Source of the DNA: Candidatus Yanofskybacteria bacterium
Lineage (GTDB): Bacteria; Patescibacteriota; Minisyncoccia; 2-02-FULL-40-12; GWA2-44-9
Direction: 5' to 3'
Assembly: GCA_003151795.1 (NCBI GenBank)
Contig: PLYL01000006.1
Location: 1-54,300, forward strand
Length of the DNA: 54,300 nucleotides
Shown: piece after piece, positions 33,836-41,161 of the stretch
How positions within the stretch are numbered: position 1 is the first letter of the stretch
Layout of the letters: every line of letters starts with the position of its first letter
Translations under genes and position numbers: made by a program
The notes under the pieces: model-generated
What the model was told of the DNA's origin: nothing
What the model saw: the letters and a program-made list of their open reading frames with translations, nothing else
Database searches by the model: none

Positions 33836-34468
33836 ATGACTAGACAGGAGCTCTTAGACAAGGTGACCCCAAAACGGACAATCCCGTTTTTTGGGACTCT
33901 CGACAACGATCTCTACGTGGTAGTCCGTAATGCCATCATGGCGATGGACGCGGAAACAACGGCGCCGATTACGATCGTCTTCGACAGCCTGGGTGGAGGC
34001 GCTTTCATGTCTTTTCAAGTCGGAGACATACTCAGGATGACCAAGTCAGAGGTTATCGGAATTGCCCTTCAGGCAAATTCAGCCGCCCTGACTGTATTGC
34101 AATACTGCGACCGACGGATACTGGTTCCCTCGGGGAGTGTCCTTATTCATTCCGCGCAGGCCAGATCAGAAGACCTAGCGGGCTACAAACATGACGAGTA
34201 CTGGCGGAGTAGAATGGAGTTGATAGATGCCAACCTCACTCACTACGACCGTAAGCTCCAAAAACTGTTTTCGGAGCGGACGGGAGCGAGTCAAGAGCGA
34301 ATCCTGGAACTCATGAAGCGGGGCGACAATCTCAGTTGGCCCATCTTCGCCGAAGAAGCGCTGGAGCTGAAGTTCGTCGACTCGATTCTTCCGGCAGACT
34401 ACAAGCTCTTCTTTCCGCCGGCATTCCCGAAACCAGCAACACCGGCCGAAGAAAAGAAAGAACTCTAG
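33836..34468 (+). CDS. ClpP/crotonase-fold serine peptidase-like protein (orphan, divergent)
   Basis: 210 aa. ITIVFDSLGGGAFMSF...GIALQANSAALTVL...SVLIHSAQ aligns by eye with ClpP YINSPGG...GQAASMG...IMIHQP, so a candidate Ser and His are present. Confidence 0.55.
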   Translation: MTRQELLDKVTPKRTIPFFGTLDNDLYVVVRNAIMAMDAETTAPITIVFDSLGGGAFMSFQVGDILRMTKSEVIGIALQANSAALTVLQYCDRRILVPSGSVLIHSAQARSEDLAGYKHDEYWRSRMELIDANLTHYDRKLQKLFSERTGASQERILELMKRGDNLSWPIFAEEALELKFVDSILPADYKLFFPPAFPKPATPAEEKKEL

Positions 34469-34523
34469 CCCGCGACGGCGCGCACGACAAAAAGTGCCCG
34501 CGACGTCTGCGGGCCCTTTTTTT
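34468..34523. terminator. conserved 18-nt 3' box plus bidirectional terminator (copy 2)
   Basis: GCCCGCGACGGCGCGCAC (34468-34485), then GCCCGC, a 7-nt loop, GCGGGC, CC and TTTTTTT. It overlaps the stop of the convergent nuclease gene. Confidence 0.7.
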
Positions 34524-36003
34524 AATCGTCGAGCGACTCTTTTTCTTTCAGCTTGGAGGGCTTTTGATCGGCCAGCCAATCTTTGATGCGCATCGTGGCG
34601 CGGACGTCGTCTTCGTTGTAGCGGAGGATTTTTTTGATGATAGCCGGGTCCCCTTTTTCGAGCCATTCTTTGTACCAGAGAATAGATTCAGCCCCGCCGG
34701 CGTGCGGGTCGTCCCATTTGTAATTCAAATACGCGCCCACGTCTTTTAATGAATAAAAATAAATCGGCAGGACGGCCGAATCGACGAGTTTGGTGTGCAG
34801 GTCAATCGTGTTCTCCCTGAATTTTTCTAAGAGGCTAGTCGGCGCGCCGTAGCGAGTCGCGAGGCGTTCGAAGACCTGGCGCTCAAAGAAAGCATAATGA
34901 TAAATCACGAAATCTTCGAGCGAAGCCAGATAATCTAAAAACTCCAGCCATGCTTTCGGCTCTTCTTCTTTGCTCTTGGCCAGACAGTATTTATACTCGA
35001 CGGTGTCCTTCTGCGTGTCTTTCACTAAAAATCCCAGTAAGTAATCAACGCCGTTGAGCGGGTCGGATTCGATATCAAAATAAACTTCATAGCGGACGGC
35101 GGGGAAATTCGGCTTGCGCGTAATCATGGGCTGGCCGTTGGTCAGCACTTTAGCCTGATTCGAGAATCGGACAATTTTGTCGAACGGCCAATCTTCGAGT
35201 TTTTCTTGAAGCTCGCTCGGTTCGGCTGAAGCCAAAGCGTCCACGGTTTTGATGCCAATTTCGTAGAGTCGGCGCTGATCGGCTTGGCTGATACGGTAAA
35301 TCAGCGAGACGTCGTTACAGCCCTGCGTCTCGGCCACGCACAATGAGTACCACGGCGTGCGCTTGCAGCCGGCTTTCAAAAACGGCGCGGGCTTTTCGCC
35401 GTTCAGGATTTTTTCGATTTGCTGGCGCGTGAGATGGAATTGGTCGATATATTCGGCGATAGTAAATCCGACTTCGTGGCCCTGCGCGTCGATGATATAC
35501 GCCTGCTCGGGCCGAACGCCCTGGATGCGCTCAAGAATTAAACTATAAAAAATTAATTGAAACTTGTACTCATCGCGCATGTCGAGCGAATTCTGGGCGT
35601 CATAGACGACATAGTAGTGGTCGCCGAACACGGAGTGTTCGTCCCGACCGGAGCGTCGGGACAGTTCCGCTACTGGCCGAGCCTCGAGGAAATCGGGCAT
35701 ACCCACCCAGTCTTCGGACATCAGCACGCCATGATAGATATTCTTGCCTTGCTTCATCAGCTCGACTGTGGCAATGAAGGCTTCGTCTAGGTCTTTAAAT
35801 AAATCCGGATTAATCTGCTCGAATTTTTTGTGAGCGGCCAGACCCTTGTCCACGTCCATCATCTTGCCCTTATAAATCATATCCAACAGCGGCGGCACCT
35901 CCCGCTTATACTGCCCATCCCCATAAATGTCATACCAAATCCAATGCGGACACTGAAAAAATTTATAAAAATAATCTCCGTAGAGTTTGGATTTAGAATC
36001 CAT
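34522..36003 (-). CDS. TM0106-family RecB-like nuclease (PD-(D/E)XK N-domain plus RNase-H-like C-domain)
   Basis: The N-terminus FFQCPHWIWYD is Cas4/RecB-like, and VYFDIESDPLNGVDYLLGF is typical of the RNase_H_2-like half. Start at ATG 36003. Confidence 0.6.
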   Translation of the reverse strand: MDSKSKLYGDYFYKFFQCPHWIWYDIYGDGQYKREVPPLLDMIYKGKMMDVDKGLAAHKKFEQINPDLFKDLDEAFIATVELMKQGKNIYHGVLMSEDWVGMPDFLEARPVAELSRRSGRDEHSVFGDHYYVVYDAQNSLDMRDEYKFQLIFYSLILERIQGVRPEQAYIIDAQGHEVGFTIAEYIDQFHLTRQQIEKILNGEKPAPFLKAGCKRTPWYSLCVAETQGCNDVSLIYRISQADQRRLYEIGIKTVDALASAEPSELQEKLEDWPFDKIVRFSNQAKVLTNGQPMITRKPNFPAVRYEVYFDIESDPLNGVDYLLGFLVKDTQKDTVEYKYCLAKSKEEEPKAWLEFLDYLASLEDFVIYHYAFFERQVFERLATRYGAPTSLLEKFRENTIDLHTKLVDSAVLPIYFYSLKDVGAYLNYKWDDPHAGGAESILWYKEWLEKGDPAIIKKILRYNEDDVRATMRIKDWLADQKPSKLKEKESLDD

Positions 36004-36433
36004 ATTTTTTATTAAAATCAGCCATAGCAATCATAGCAAACTGATCAAAATAAGATTGTAAAGAATTTAAATCGCTCTGATATTTAGTCCCGCCAGTCAC
36101 CGCGTCTAGGAATACGTCCTGGGCCCGGGCGATTTCTTGCCGACGGCCATGCCATCTCTTGTCGACCAACGTCAAATAGAATAGCTCCAGTGCTCGCTCA
36201 ATCGCGGCCTGAAAGCGTTTTTTATCCTTCCCCTGCGCTTTCGCCGCCCGAGACACCTCGCTTCCGATATTCCCCATCTGTTCGGCCAATGAAAACTTAA
36301 ACCATCGACCTGCTGCGGCTTCTTTGTGTATAAAACTATTTGAGGCAAGCTGCTCTTCCATAATCTTTTTTAACTCGGCTCGAGTGATTGGTTCTTTGAT
36401 AATTACAATATCCATATTTCTAGTATATGTCAT
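35993..36433 (-). CDS. hypothetical all-alpha protein (possibly a degenerate MazG-like four-helix bundle)
   Basis: FSLAEQMGNIGSEVSRA...AIERALELFYLTL. It overlaps the nuclease start by 11 nt. The start is uncertain. Confidence 0.3.
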   Translation of the reverse strand: MTYTRNMDIVIIKEPITRAELKKIMEEQLASNSFIHKEAAAGRWFKFSLAEQMGNIGSEVSRAAKAQGKDKKRFQAAIERALELFYLTLVDKRWHGRRQEIARAQDVFLDAVTGGTKYQSDLNSLQSYFDQFAMIAMADFNKKYGF

Positions 36434-36512
36434 TTTTATGAAAATTAAAAAAGGGTCAGGGGACACATACGTTCCCCCGCCCTTGTGTGCTAGCCGGCCT
36501 TGCCGGCGCCGA

Positions 36513-36884
36513 CTACTTCTTCCGACCGGCCTTCTTCGCCTTGCGCCGCTCGGCCCAGAGCTTCCTCATCCGAACGGAGATGGCCTTGCGGGCCGACGCG
36601 GACAAACGGCGCTTCCGAGGCTTGGGTGGCAAGCCAGGTTTTGGCGACAATTGGCGCACGGTATTTTTTGCCACTTGGGCAGACCATCCTAGATCACGAA
36701 AATACTTGATGACGTTACTGTCCGTCTGGCCAGTCGGAATCTTCAGAAAGGCCGAGGACAAGCGCGCCGCCTCTTCATCCGACATCGACTTGATCCGCTG
36801 CTCTTCGGCGGTGGCGTTAGATCTGACCAGCCGGATAGCGGCGGACCAAGCCAGGTCGGCAATCGTCTCATATTTCTTCTTCAT
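36513..36884 (-). CDS. hypothetical protein with a strongly basic C-tail
   Basis: An AAGGAG SD lies upstream of ATG 36884. The C-terminus is PKPRKRRLSASARKAISVRMRKLWAERRKAKKAGRKK. GC-rich. Confidence 0.45.
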   Translation of the reverse strand: MKKKYETIADLAWSAAIRLVRSNATAEEQRIKSMSDEEAARLSSAFLKIPTGQTDSNVIKYFRDLGWSAQVAKNTVRQLSPKPGLPPKPRKRRLSASARKAISVRMRKLWAERRKAKKAGRKK

Positions 36885-36923
36885 CTTTTTCCATGCTCCT
36901 TGTAAAAGTAACTGTGAATTATG

Positions 36924-36951
36924 ATTATAGTAGATATTCATAACATGTCAA
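36924..36951 (-). promoter_or_regulatory. near-consensus promoter of ORF 36513-36884
   Basis: In - sense: TTGACA, 16-nt spacer, TATAAT. Confidence 0.6.
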
Positions 36952-36961
36952 TGATTTTTTG

Positions 36962-36996
36962 AAAATAAAAACGGGGCCCCCACAGGCAGGGCCCCG
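36962..36996 (-). terminator. intrinsic terminator of ORF 37034-37531
   Basis: In - sense: CGGGGCCC, a 9-nt loop, GGGCCCCG, then TTTTTATTTT. Confidence 0.7.
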
Positions 36997-37033
36997 ACTT
37001 TCCTGTTGACTTGTCGACGCCGGCGTCGTTGTT

Positions 37034-37531
37034 CTACTGCTTCAATGCAACGCGCGTCGGCGTGTTCGTGGCGATCTGCATCGCTTGGCGCTGCGCGCCG
37101 ATCTGCTTCTGTAACTCGGCGACGAATGCCTTCGCGGCTTCGTTGATCAGATACTTGTCGTCGTTCAGCGCGAGCGGCTGAATGATGCTCCTCGCGCCGC
37201 CGGACTTGACCGCGATGCTGTATGAAATCTTGTCGGCCTGGAACAGTCGCGCCGTAATCGTCAGGGCGCGCATCTTGCCGACCTCCGACTCTGTCCACGT
37301 CGTCGTGATCTCCATCATCATGCCGTCGGTCTTCACGAGCATGCCCTGGTTGAACAGCGCTCCTTCGATGACGCCCTGCGTGTAGGCGAGGCGCGTCACG
37401 TCGGTGTCGCCCGCGACCTTGATGGCCTTGACCTTGAACGGCGTGATGTTACCGGCGGCGTGGGCGGGCGAGCTGAAGGACAAGATGGCAATCGCCAAAG
37501 CGATTGCAGTTCCCGAAAACAGTTTGCGCAT
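37034..37531 (-). CDS. secreted hypothetical protein
   Basis: Signal peptide MRKLFSGTAIALAIAILSFSSPAHA. A GAGGAG SD lies 7 nt upstream. About 57% GC in a hand-counted line. Confidence 0.5.
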   Translation of the reverse strand: MRKLFSGTAIALAIAILSFSSPAHAAGNITPFKVKAIKVAGDTDVTRLAYTQGVIEGALFNQGMLVKTDGMMMEITTTWTESEVGKMRALTITARLFQADKISYSIAVKSGGARSIIQPLALNDDKYLINEAAKAFVAELQKQIGAQRQAMQIATNTPTRVALKQ

Positions 37532-37587
37532 GCAGACTCTCCTCTTCGAAGAAACGGGTGAATGAAAGGTACTAGTTGACGGATGCC

Positions 37588-37616
37588 ATTCTAGCACCCT
37601 ATGAAAAATTAGTCAA
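37588..37616 (-). promoter_or_regulatory. near-consensus promoter of ORF 37034-37531
   Basis: In - sense: TTGACT, 17-nt spacer (ending TGC, an extended -10), TAGAAT. The -35 box overlaps the stop of the upstream nuclease gene. Confidence 0.6.
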
Positions 37617-38343
37617 TAACTTCCCTTTTATCTATATTTTTAGGCACCGAAAAGTACTTGCTGGCTTGTTGAACATAAATGCAGTGAGGGCAAGGGAGGA
37701 TGACTTCGGGCGGGGTGTCGAGGCGGGCGATGGCGACGGCTTGTTCAAAGACATTGGCGACCCAGGACTTATCGGCGCGGACGGCTTTGAGAGATTCGAT
37801 AAACGGCAAAGCGTTTTGAAATCCCCCGCCGGTCTTATCGACTTGGTAAAAGACGAAGTAGGCTTCGGTATGAGTTTTAAATCCGTTGCGGTCGAGGAGG
37901 TAGGTGTAAATATCCATCTGCTTCTGATAATCATCATAAATTTTAATCTCGCGGGAACCGGAAGATTTGTAATCAATGACCGCGAGCGAACCATCGGCTA
38001 ATTGCAGAACATCGTCCACCGCACCATAGAGCAGAGCGTTTAAATCCTCGTCGAAATACTGGACACCTTTGAAGTTGTTGCGCCAATCAGTCAATTCGGG
38101 GCCATTATAGAGCTTGGCGTCGCCGGCCAGGTGCCGGGCCAACACGGGCGGGAGCGTCCCCTGCTGGCGGTATTTATCAAATTCCTGCTTCACCAAAAAA
38201 TCCACCGCCGATGACAGCGTGTAGGGAAAACTCGGCGGCCGTTTAATCTTGTGATGGACATCCAGCCAAAAGCACCTCGGACAATCCTGAAATAACTTCA
38301 GTCCCGACCTCGAAATCTTTAGTGATGAAAATTTTGCGGGCAT
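37609..38343 (-). CDS. Cas4/RecB-like PD-(D/E)XK nuclease with a 4-Cys cluster
   Basis: CPRCFW near the N-terminus, VIDYKSSG, YQKQMDIYTYLL, and a C-terminal CPHC. Start at ATG 38343. Confidence 0.7.
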   Translation of the reverse strand: MPAKFSSLKISRSGLKLFQDCPRCFWLDVHHKIKRPPSFPYTLSSAVDFLVKQEFDKYRQQGTLPPVLARHLAGDAKLYNGPELTDWRNNFKGVQYFDEDLNALLYGAVDDVLQLADGSLAVIDYKSSGSREIKIYDDYQKQMDIYTYLLDRNGFKTHTEAYFVFYQVDKTGGGFQNALPFIESLKAVRADKSWVANVFEQAVAIARLDTPPEVILPCPHCIYVQQASKYFSVPKNIDKREVID

Positions 38344-38390
38344 TGACCCATAATACCTTTTAATGTTAAAAACCCGCAAGGAGGATTGCT

Positions 38391-38615
38391 GTGCCCATAG
38401 AGAAGACGGAGCTACTGGTCGATCCAGCGAACCTGCCAAGCATGGTCAAATGGACCAGTGGCAATATCACAGAAACGGTCTGCTGGAGACATTTTCAGGG
38501 AAATTTTGCAGAGGACCCCACCAAGCCCGGCCGTTGGGTCTTCCGATATCAGTACCTTGAAAAGGTTGAGCCCGTCGATGACCCTGCGGCCAAGTGTTGG
38601 GACTGCACGCACTAA
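38391..38615 (+). CDS. small Cys-containing hypothetical protein (GTG start)
   Basis: An AAGGAGG SD lies 7 nt upstream of GTG 38391. 74 aa ending KCWDCTH. GC-rich. A terminator follows. Confidence 0.5.
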   Translation: MPIEKTELLVDPANLPSMVKWTSGNITETVCWRHFQGNFAEDPTKPGRWVFRYQYLEKVEPVDDPAAKCWDCTH

Positions 38616-38636
38616 ACCTGACCGAGATCCGACTGA

Positions 38637-38670
38637 AGAGTCTGGCTTCGGCCAGGTTCTTCTATTTTTT
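38637..38670. terminator. bidirectional terminator between ORF 38391-38615 and pepF
   Basis: AGAGTCTGGC-TTCG-GCCAGGTTCT, then TCTATTTTTT. Confidence 0.65.
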
Positions 38671-40473
38671 ACTTCTGAGCCACTTCTTATAATTCTCCGC
38701 CATATCTTCAAAACTCTTTTTATTATCAGAGATAACTTTTTTGCCGTCTACCATTCTAATAGTAGCATTTAAATCTATTGGGCCTTTCTGTAATGGCACA
38801 GTTTTCATGCGTTCAATTTTTATCTTGGCTTTCTTTATGACTTCAGGTAATTTCATGGTCATGCTACGCAAAATAGATTCAGGAGATAACTTTTTACCAG
38901 TCGCCAAAACGACCATTTCGCTAAACGTTTTCGCCGAACCGAGCTTCCAGACCTGAGCCATTTCTTTGCCAACTTCAGGATTATCGACGATGTATTCGTA
39001 TTTTTTGTAGAAATATTCTCGCCATTGGCTCAACGCGAGTTCAGCTAAGCCATAGCCATGGTAGGAACAGGCGTTATCGCCCGAATAAATATGGGGTACC
39101 CCCAGAAGCATTACGGAGTCCTCGCTTCTGTCAAAGTATTTTCGGAAAGACTTTTTGGCAAGCTCGATGACTTTCGCCGGAGTCAATTTCTTGGTTTCGT
39201 ACACGTGACGTTCAAAATCTGAAACAAACATAATACTATTGAGGCCAAGCGGACGAAGTGAATATAACTTTTTAATCTTTCGCTCAAACAAACTAAATGG
39301 ATAGAACTGGCCTTCAGAATTCTTCGCATACCGAGTGCGCCATTCGATACTGCCTCCCAGAGTATCGATAAACATACTTTGGGTTTCTGCCCATGAAGCC
39401 GTCGATGGCGGGTACTCGGTAGCGAGACAGACATCTACTTGTTTGATATTCAGGTAGTGAGCCGCGTGGCCACCTTCATGGAAGAGCGTGTCGAGACCTT
39501 GGTGGCCTGACCCAATCTGATTAGGCACCACACAACAGGTAAAATTTGAGCTTCCCGATGTCCAATGGCCGTCCCTAAATAAAACTGGATCAGGCCAATG
39601 GCAAAAGCCGTTATTATACTTGCCCTTACGGTCAAGTAAGTCGAGCTGAAGCGTCCCGCCCTGAAAATCAATTCCGAGAGCCGAGAATGATGTGCCCCAG
39701 CGGAGGAGCGCGTCACCAAATTGGAAATATGGATCTTCTTCTTTGGTAAAATCTCCCGACATCATATAGCCAAAGTTCCACGGCTTACGCAGATTTGGTA
39801 TTTTTTTCTCGAGTTTCTTAATGCCTTTGAAAGCGTATTTAGTTTTTTTATAAATATCATCAAAAATTCCAAAAAGCTCTTGCTTGGTCATGCCGTCTTC
39901 TCGCTGAACCTTAAAATCATAAAAATCCTGATAGCCAAGCTTGCGAGCGTATTGATTTCGTAAACCAACCAACTGAACGTAATCTTTCACAAACAAGACG
40001 CAAATCTTTTCATACGAATCGAAACAAGCTTTTCGAATCTTTTCATCGGGATGAGTGCTCATCATGGTTCTCATTTTTACCGTTGAAGCGACCACGAACT
40101 TTTTGGTGTAGGGGTCGACATAGCCCTCTTTACGAGTGGCTCGATTTTTGTGAATCACTGTCTCGAGCTTGCTAATCTTATCATGAATCGGAACTGCGGA
40201 TGGTGGAGTTTGGTAACAGGCAAAGAAATGAAGCCATGACTCAAGGCGCTTTTTAATATCCGGCGAAACGGTCTTCATCAGCTCATTCAACGTCGCGGTA
40301 AATTTGGGGTTGGCGCAAAACGCGTCGCGCTTGGCAAGGGCTTTGTCTTTTTTCTTATTCACCGAATGGTCGCCCATGTAAGAAATCCAAAAGAGATCTT
40401 CATATGTTTTATGAAGTAGTGTGTATTCCTTATTGAGCTTATCTAAAAATTGTATTGCTGGTAGTTTAGCCAT
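38662..40473 (-). CDS. M3-family oligoendopeptidase (PepF-like)
   Basis: 603 aa with the zinc motif HEGGHAAH. The length and layout fit M3B. Confidence 0.75.
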   Translation of the reverse strand: MAKLPAIQFLDKLNKEYTLLHKTYEDLFWISYMGDHSVNKKKDKALAKRDAFCANPKFTATLNELMKTVSPDIKKRLESWLHFFACYQTPPSAVPIHDKISKLETVIHKNRATRKEGYVDPYTKKFVVASTVKMRTMMSTHPDEKIRKACFDSYEKICVLFVKDYVQLVGLRNQYARKLGYQDFYDFKVQREDGMTKQELFGIFDDIYKKTKYAFKGIKKLEKKIPNLRKPWNFGYMMSGDFTKEEDPYFQFGDALLRWGTSFSALGIDFQGGTLQLDLLDRKGKYNNGFCHWPDPVLFRDGHWTSGSSNFTCCVVPNQIGSGHQGLDTLFHEGGHAAHYLNIKQVDVCLATEYPPSTASWAETQSMFIDTLGGSIEWRTRYAKNSEGQFYPFSLFERKIKKLYSLRPLGLNSIMFVSDFERHVYETKKLTPAKVIELAKKSFRKYFDRSEDSVMLLGVPHIYSGDNACSYHGYGLAELALSQWREYFYKKYEYIVDNPEVGKEMAQVWKLGSAKTFSEMVVLATGKKLSPESILRSMTMKLPEVIKKAKIKIERMKTVPLQKGPIDLNATIRMVDGKKVISDNKKSFEDMAENYKKWLRSKK

Positions 40474-40479
40474 ATGTCT

Positions 40480-40815
40480 CTATTTAATTTCTAGAGCGAT
40501 GATACCATATTTCTTTATTTTGTCTTGATATGACGGCCAGGCAAAGTACATGTCACGGAGTTCGTTTTCGTTTTTTAAATCAGGAGCGATGTCTTTGACT
40601 TTATAATCTTTTAGCATCGCTTTGATGGTTCGGTATTTGGTGGCTTCTTTAATTGTTTTCTTCAGGCTCTGTTTCCCGCACACAAAAACAACTTCATCTC
40701 CTGTCTGCATTTTTACATTTCTAGGCGTCGCAGCTCGAGTTTCAACTTTCTTCTTACCCGATTTAATCGCTTCAAAAATATATTTATCTGTTGCCCTGAT
40801 TTTTAGGATATTCAT
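40480..40815 (-). CDS. ASCH (PUA-like) domain protein
   Basis: 111 aa. FEAIKSGKKKVETR...GDEVVF is typical of ASCH. Confidence 0.55.
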   Translation of the reverse strand: MNILKIRATDKYIFEAIKSGKKKVETRAATPRNVKMQTGDEVVFVCGKQSLKKTIKEATKYRTIKAMLKDYKVKDIAPDLKNENELRDMYFAWPSYQDKIKKYGIIALEIK

Positions 40816-40841
40816 GACTTTTGGTACGATTTATGGTTGCT

Positions 40842-40870
40842 TTGACACTTTGATTAAAGTATGCTATAAT
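40842..40870 (+). promoter_or_regulatory. perfect consensus sigma70 promoter
   Basis: TTGACA (40842-40847), 17-nt spacer, TATAAT (40865-40870). Confidence 0.7.
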
Positions 40871-40888
40871 TCAAATTGAGGTGTCTGA

Positions 40889-41023
40889 ATGAAGTACCTG
40901 TACCTGACCTACAAGATCGGTGAGATCGTCGCCTACCTCGGGATCATGTGGATCCTGCGCAAGCCGGCGATGAACTACTTCAGGAGAGGTCTGGGTGGCA
41001 CGAACCGTCGTCGCCACGCCTGA
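40889..41023 (+). CDS. 44-aa single-TM miniprotein (below the ORF-track cutoff)
   Basis: A GAGGTG SD lies 5 nt upstream. Sequence: MKYLYLTYKIGEIVAYLGIMWILRKPAMNYFRRGLGGTNRRRHA. A terminator follows. Confidence 0.5.
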   Translation: MKYLYLTYKIGEIVAYLGIMWILRKPAMNYFRRGLGGTNRRRHA

Positions 41024-41036
41024 CAGAAGGCCTCAA

Positions 41037-41070
41037 GCCCACCGGATTATCCGGTGGGCGCCTTTTATTT
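41037..41070 (+). terminator. intrinsic terminator of the miniprotein gene
   Basis: GCCCACCGGA-TTA-TCCGGTGGGC, then GCCTTTTATTT. Confidence 0.75.
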
Positions 41071-41161
41071 CTGGGCCATCAATCGTTGGTGTTCCTCAAT
41101 ATTCAACAGACCACATTTTTTGTATTTCTTGCCGGAACCGTCCTCCAGAGGCGGACTTCGC

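Noticed and set aside
33537-34749. Track ORFs 33537-33839 (+), 34175-34666 (-) and 34336-34749 (+).
   Set aside because: They run straight through intrinsic terminators, the 44-bp palindrome or promoter P2, or they are antisense to the ClpP-like and nuclease genes. They are not credible coding regions.
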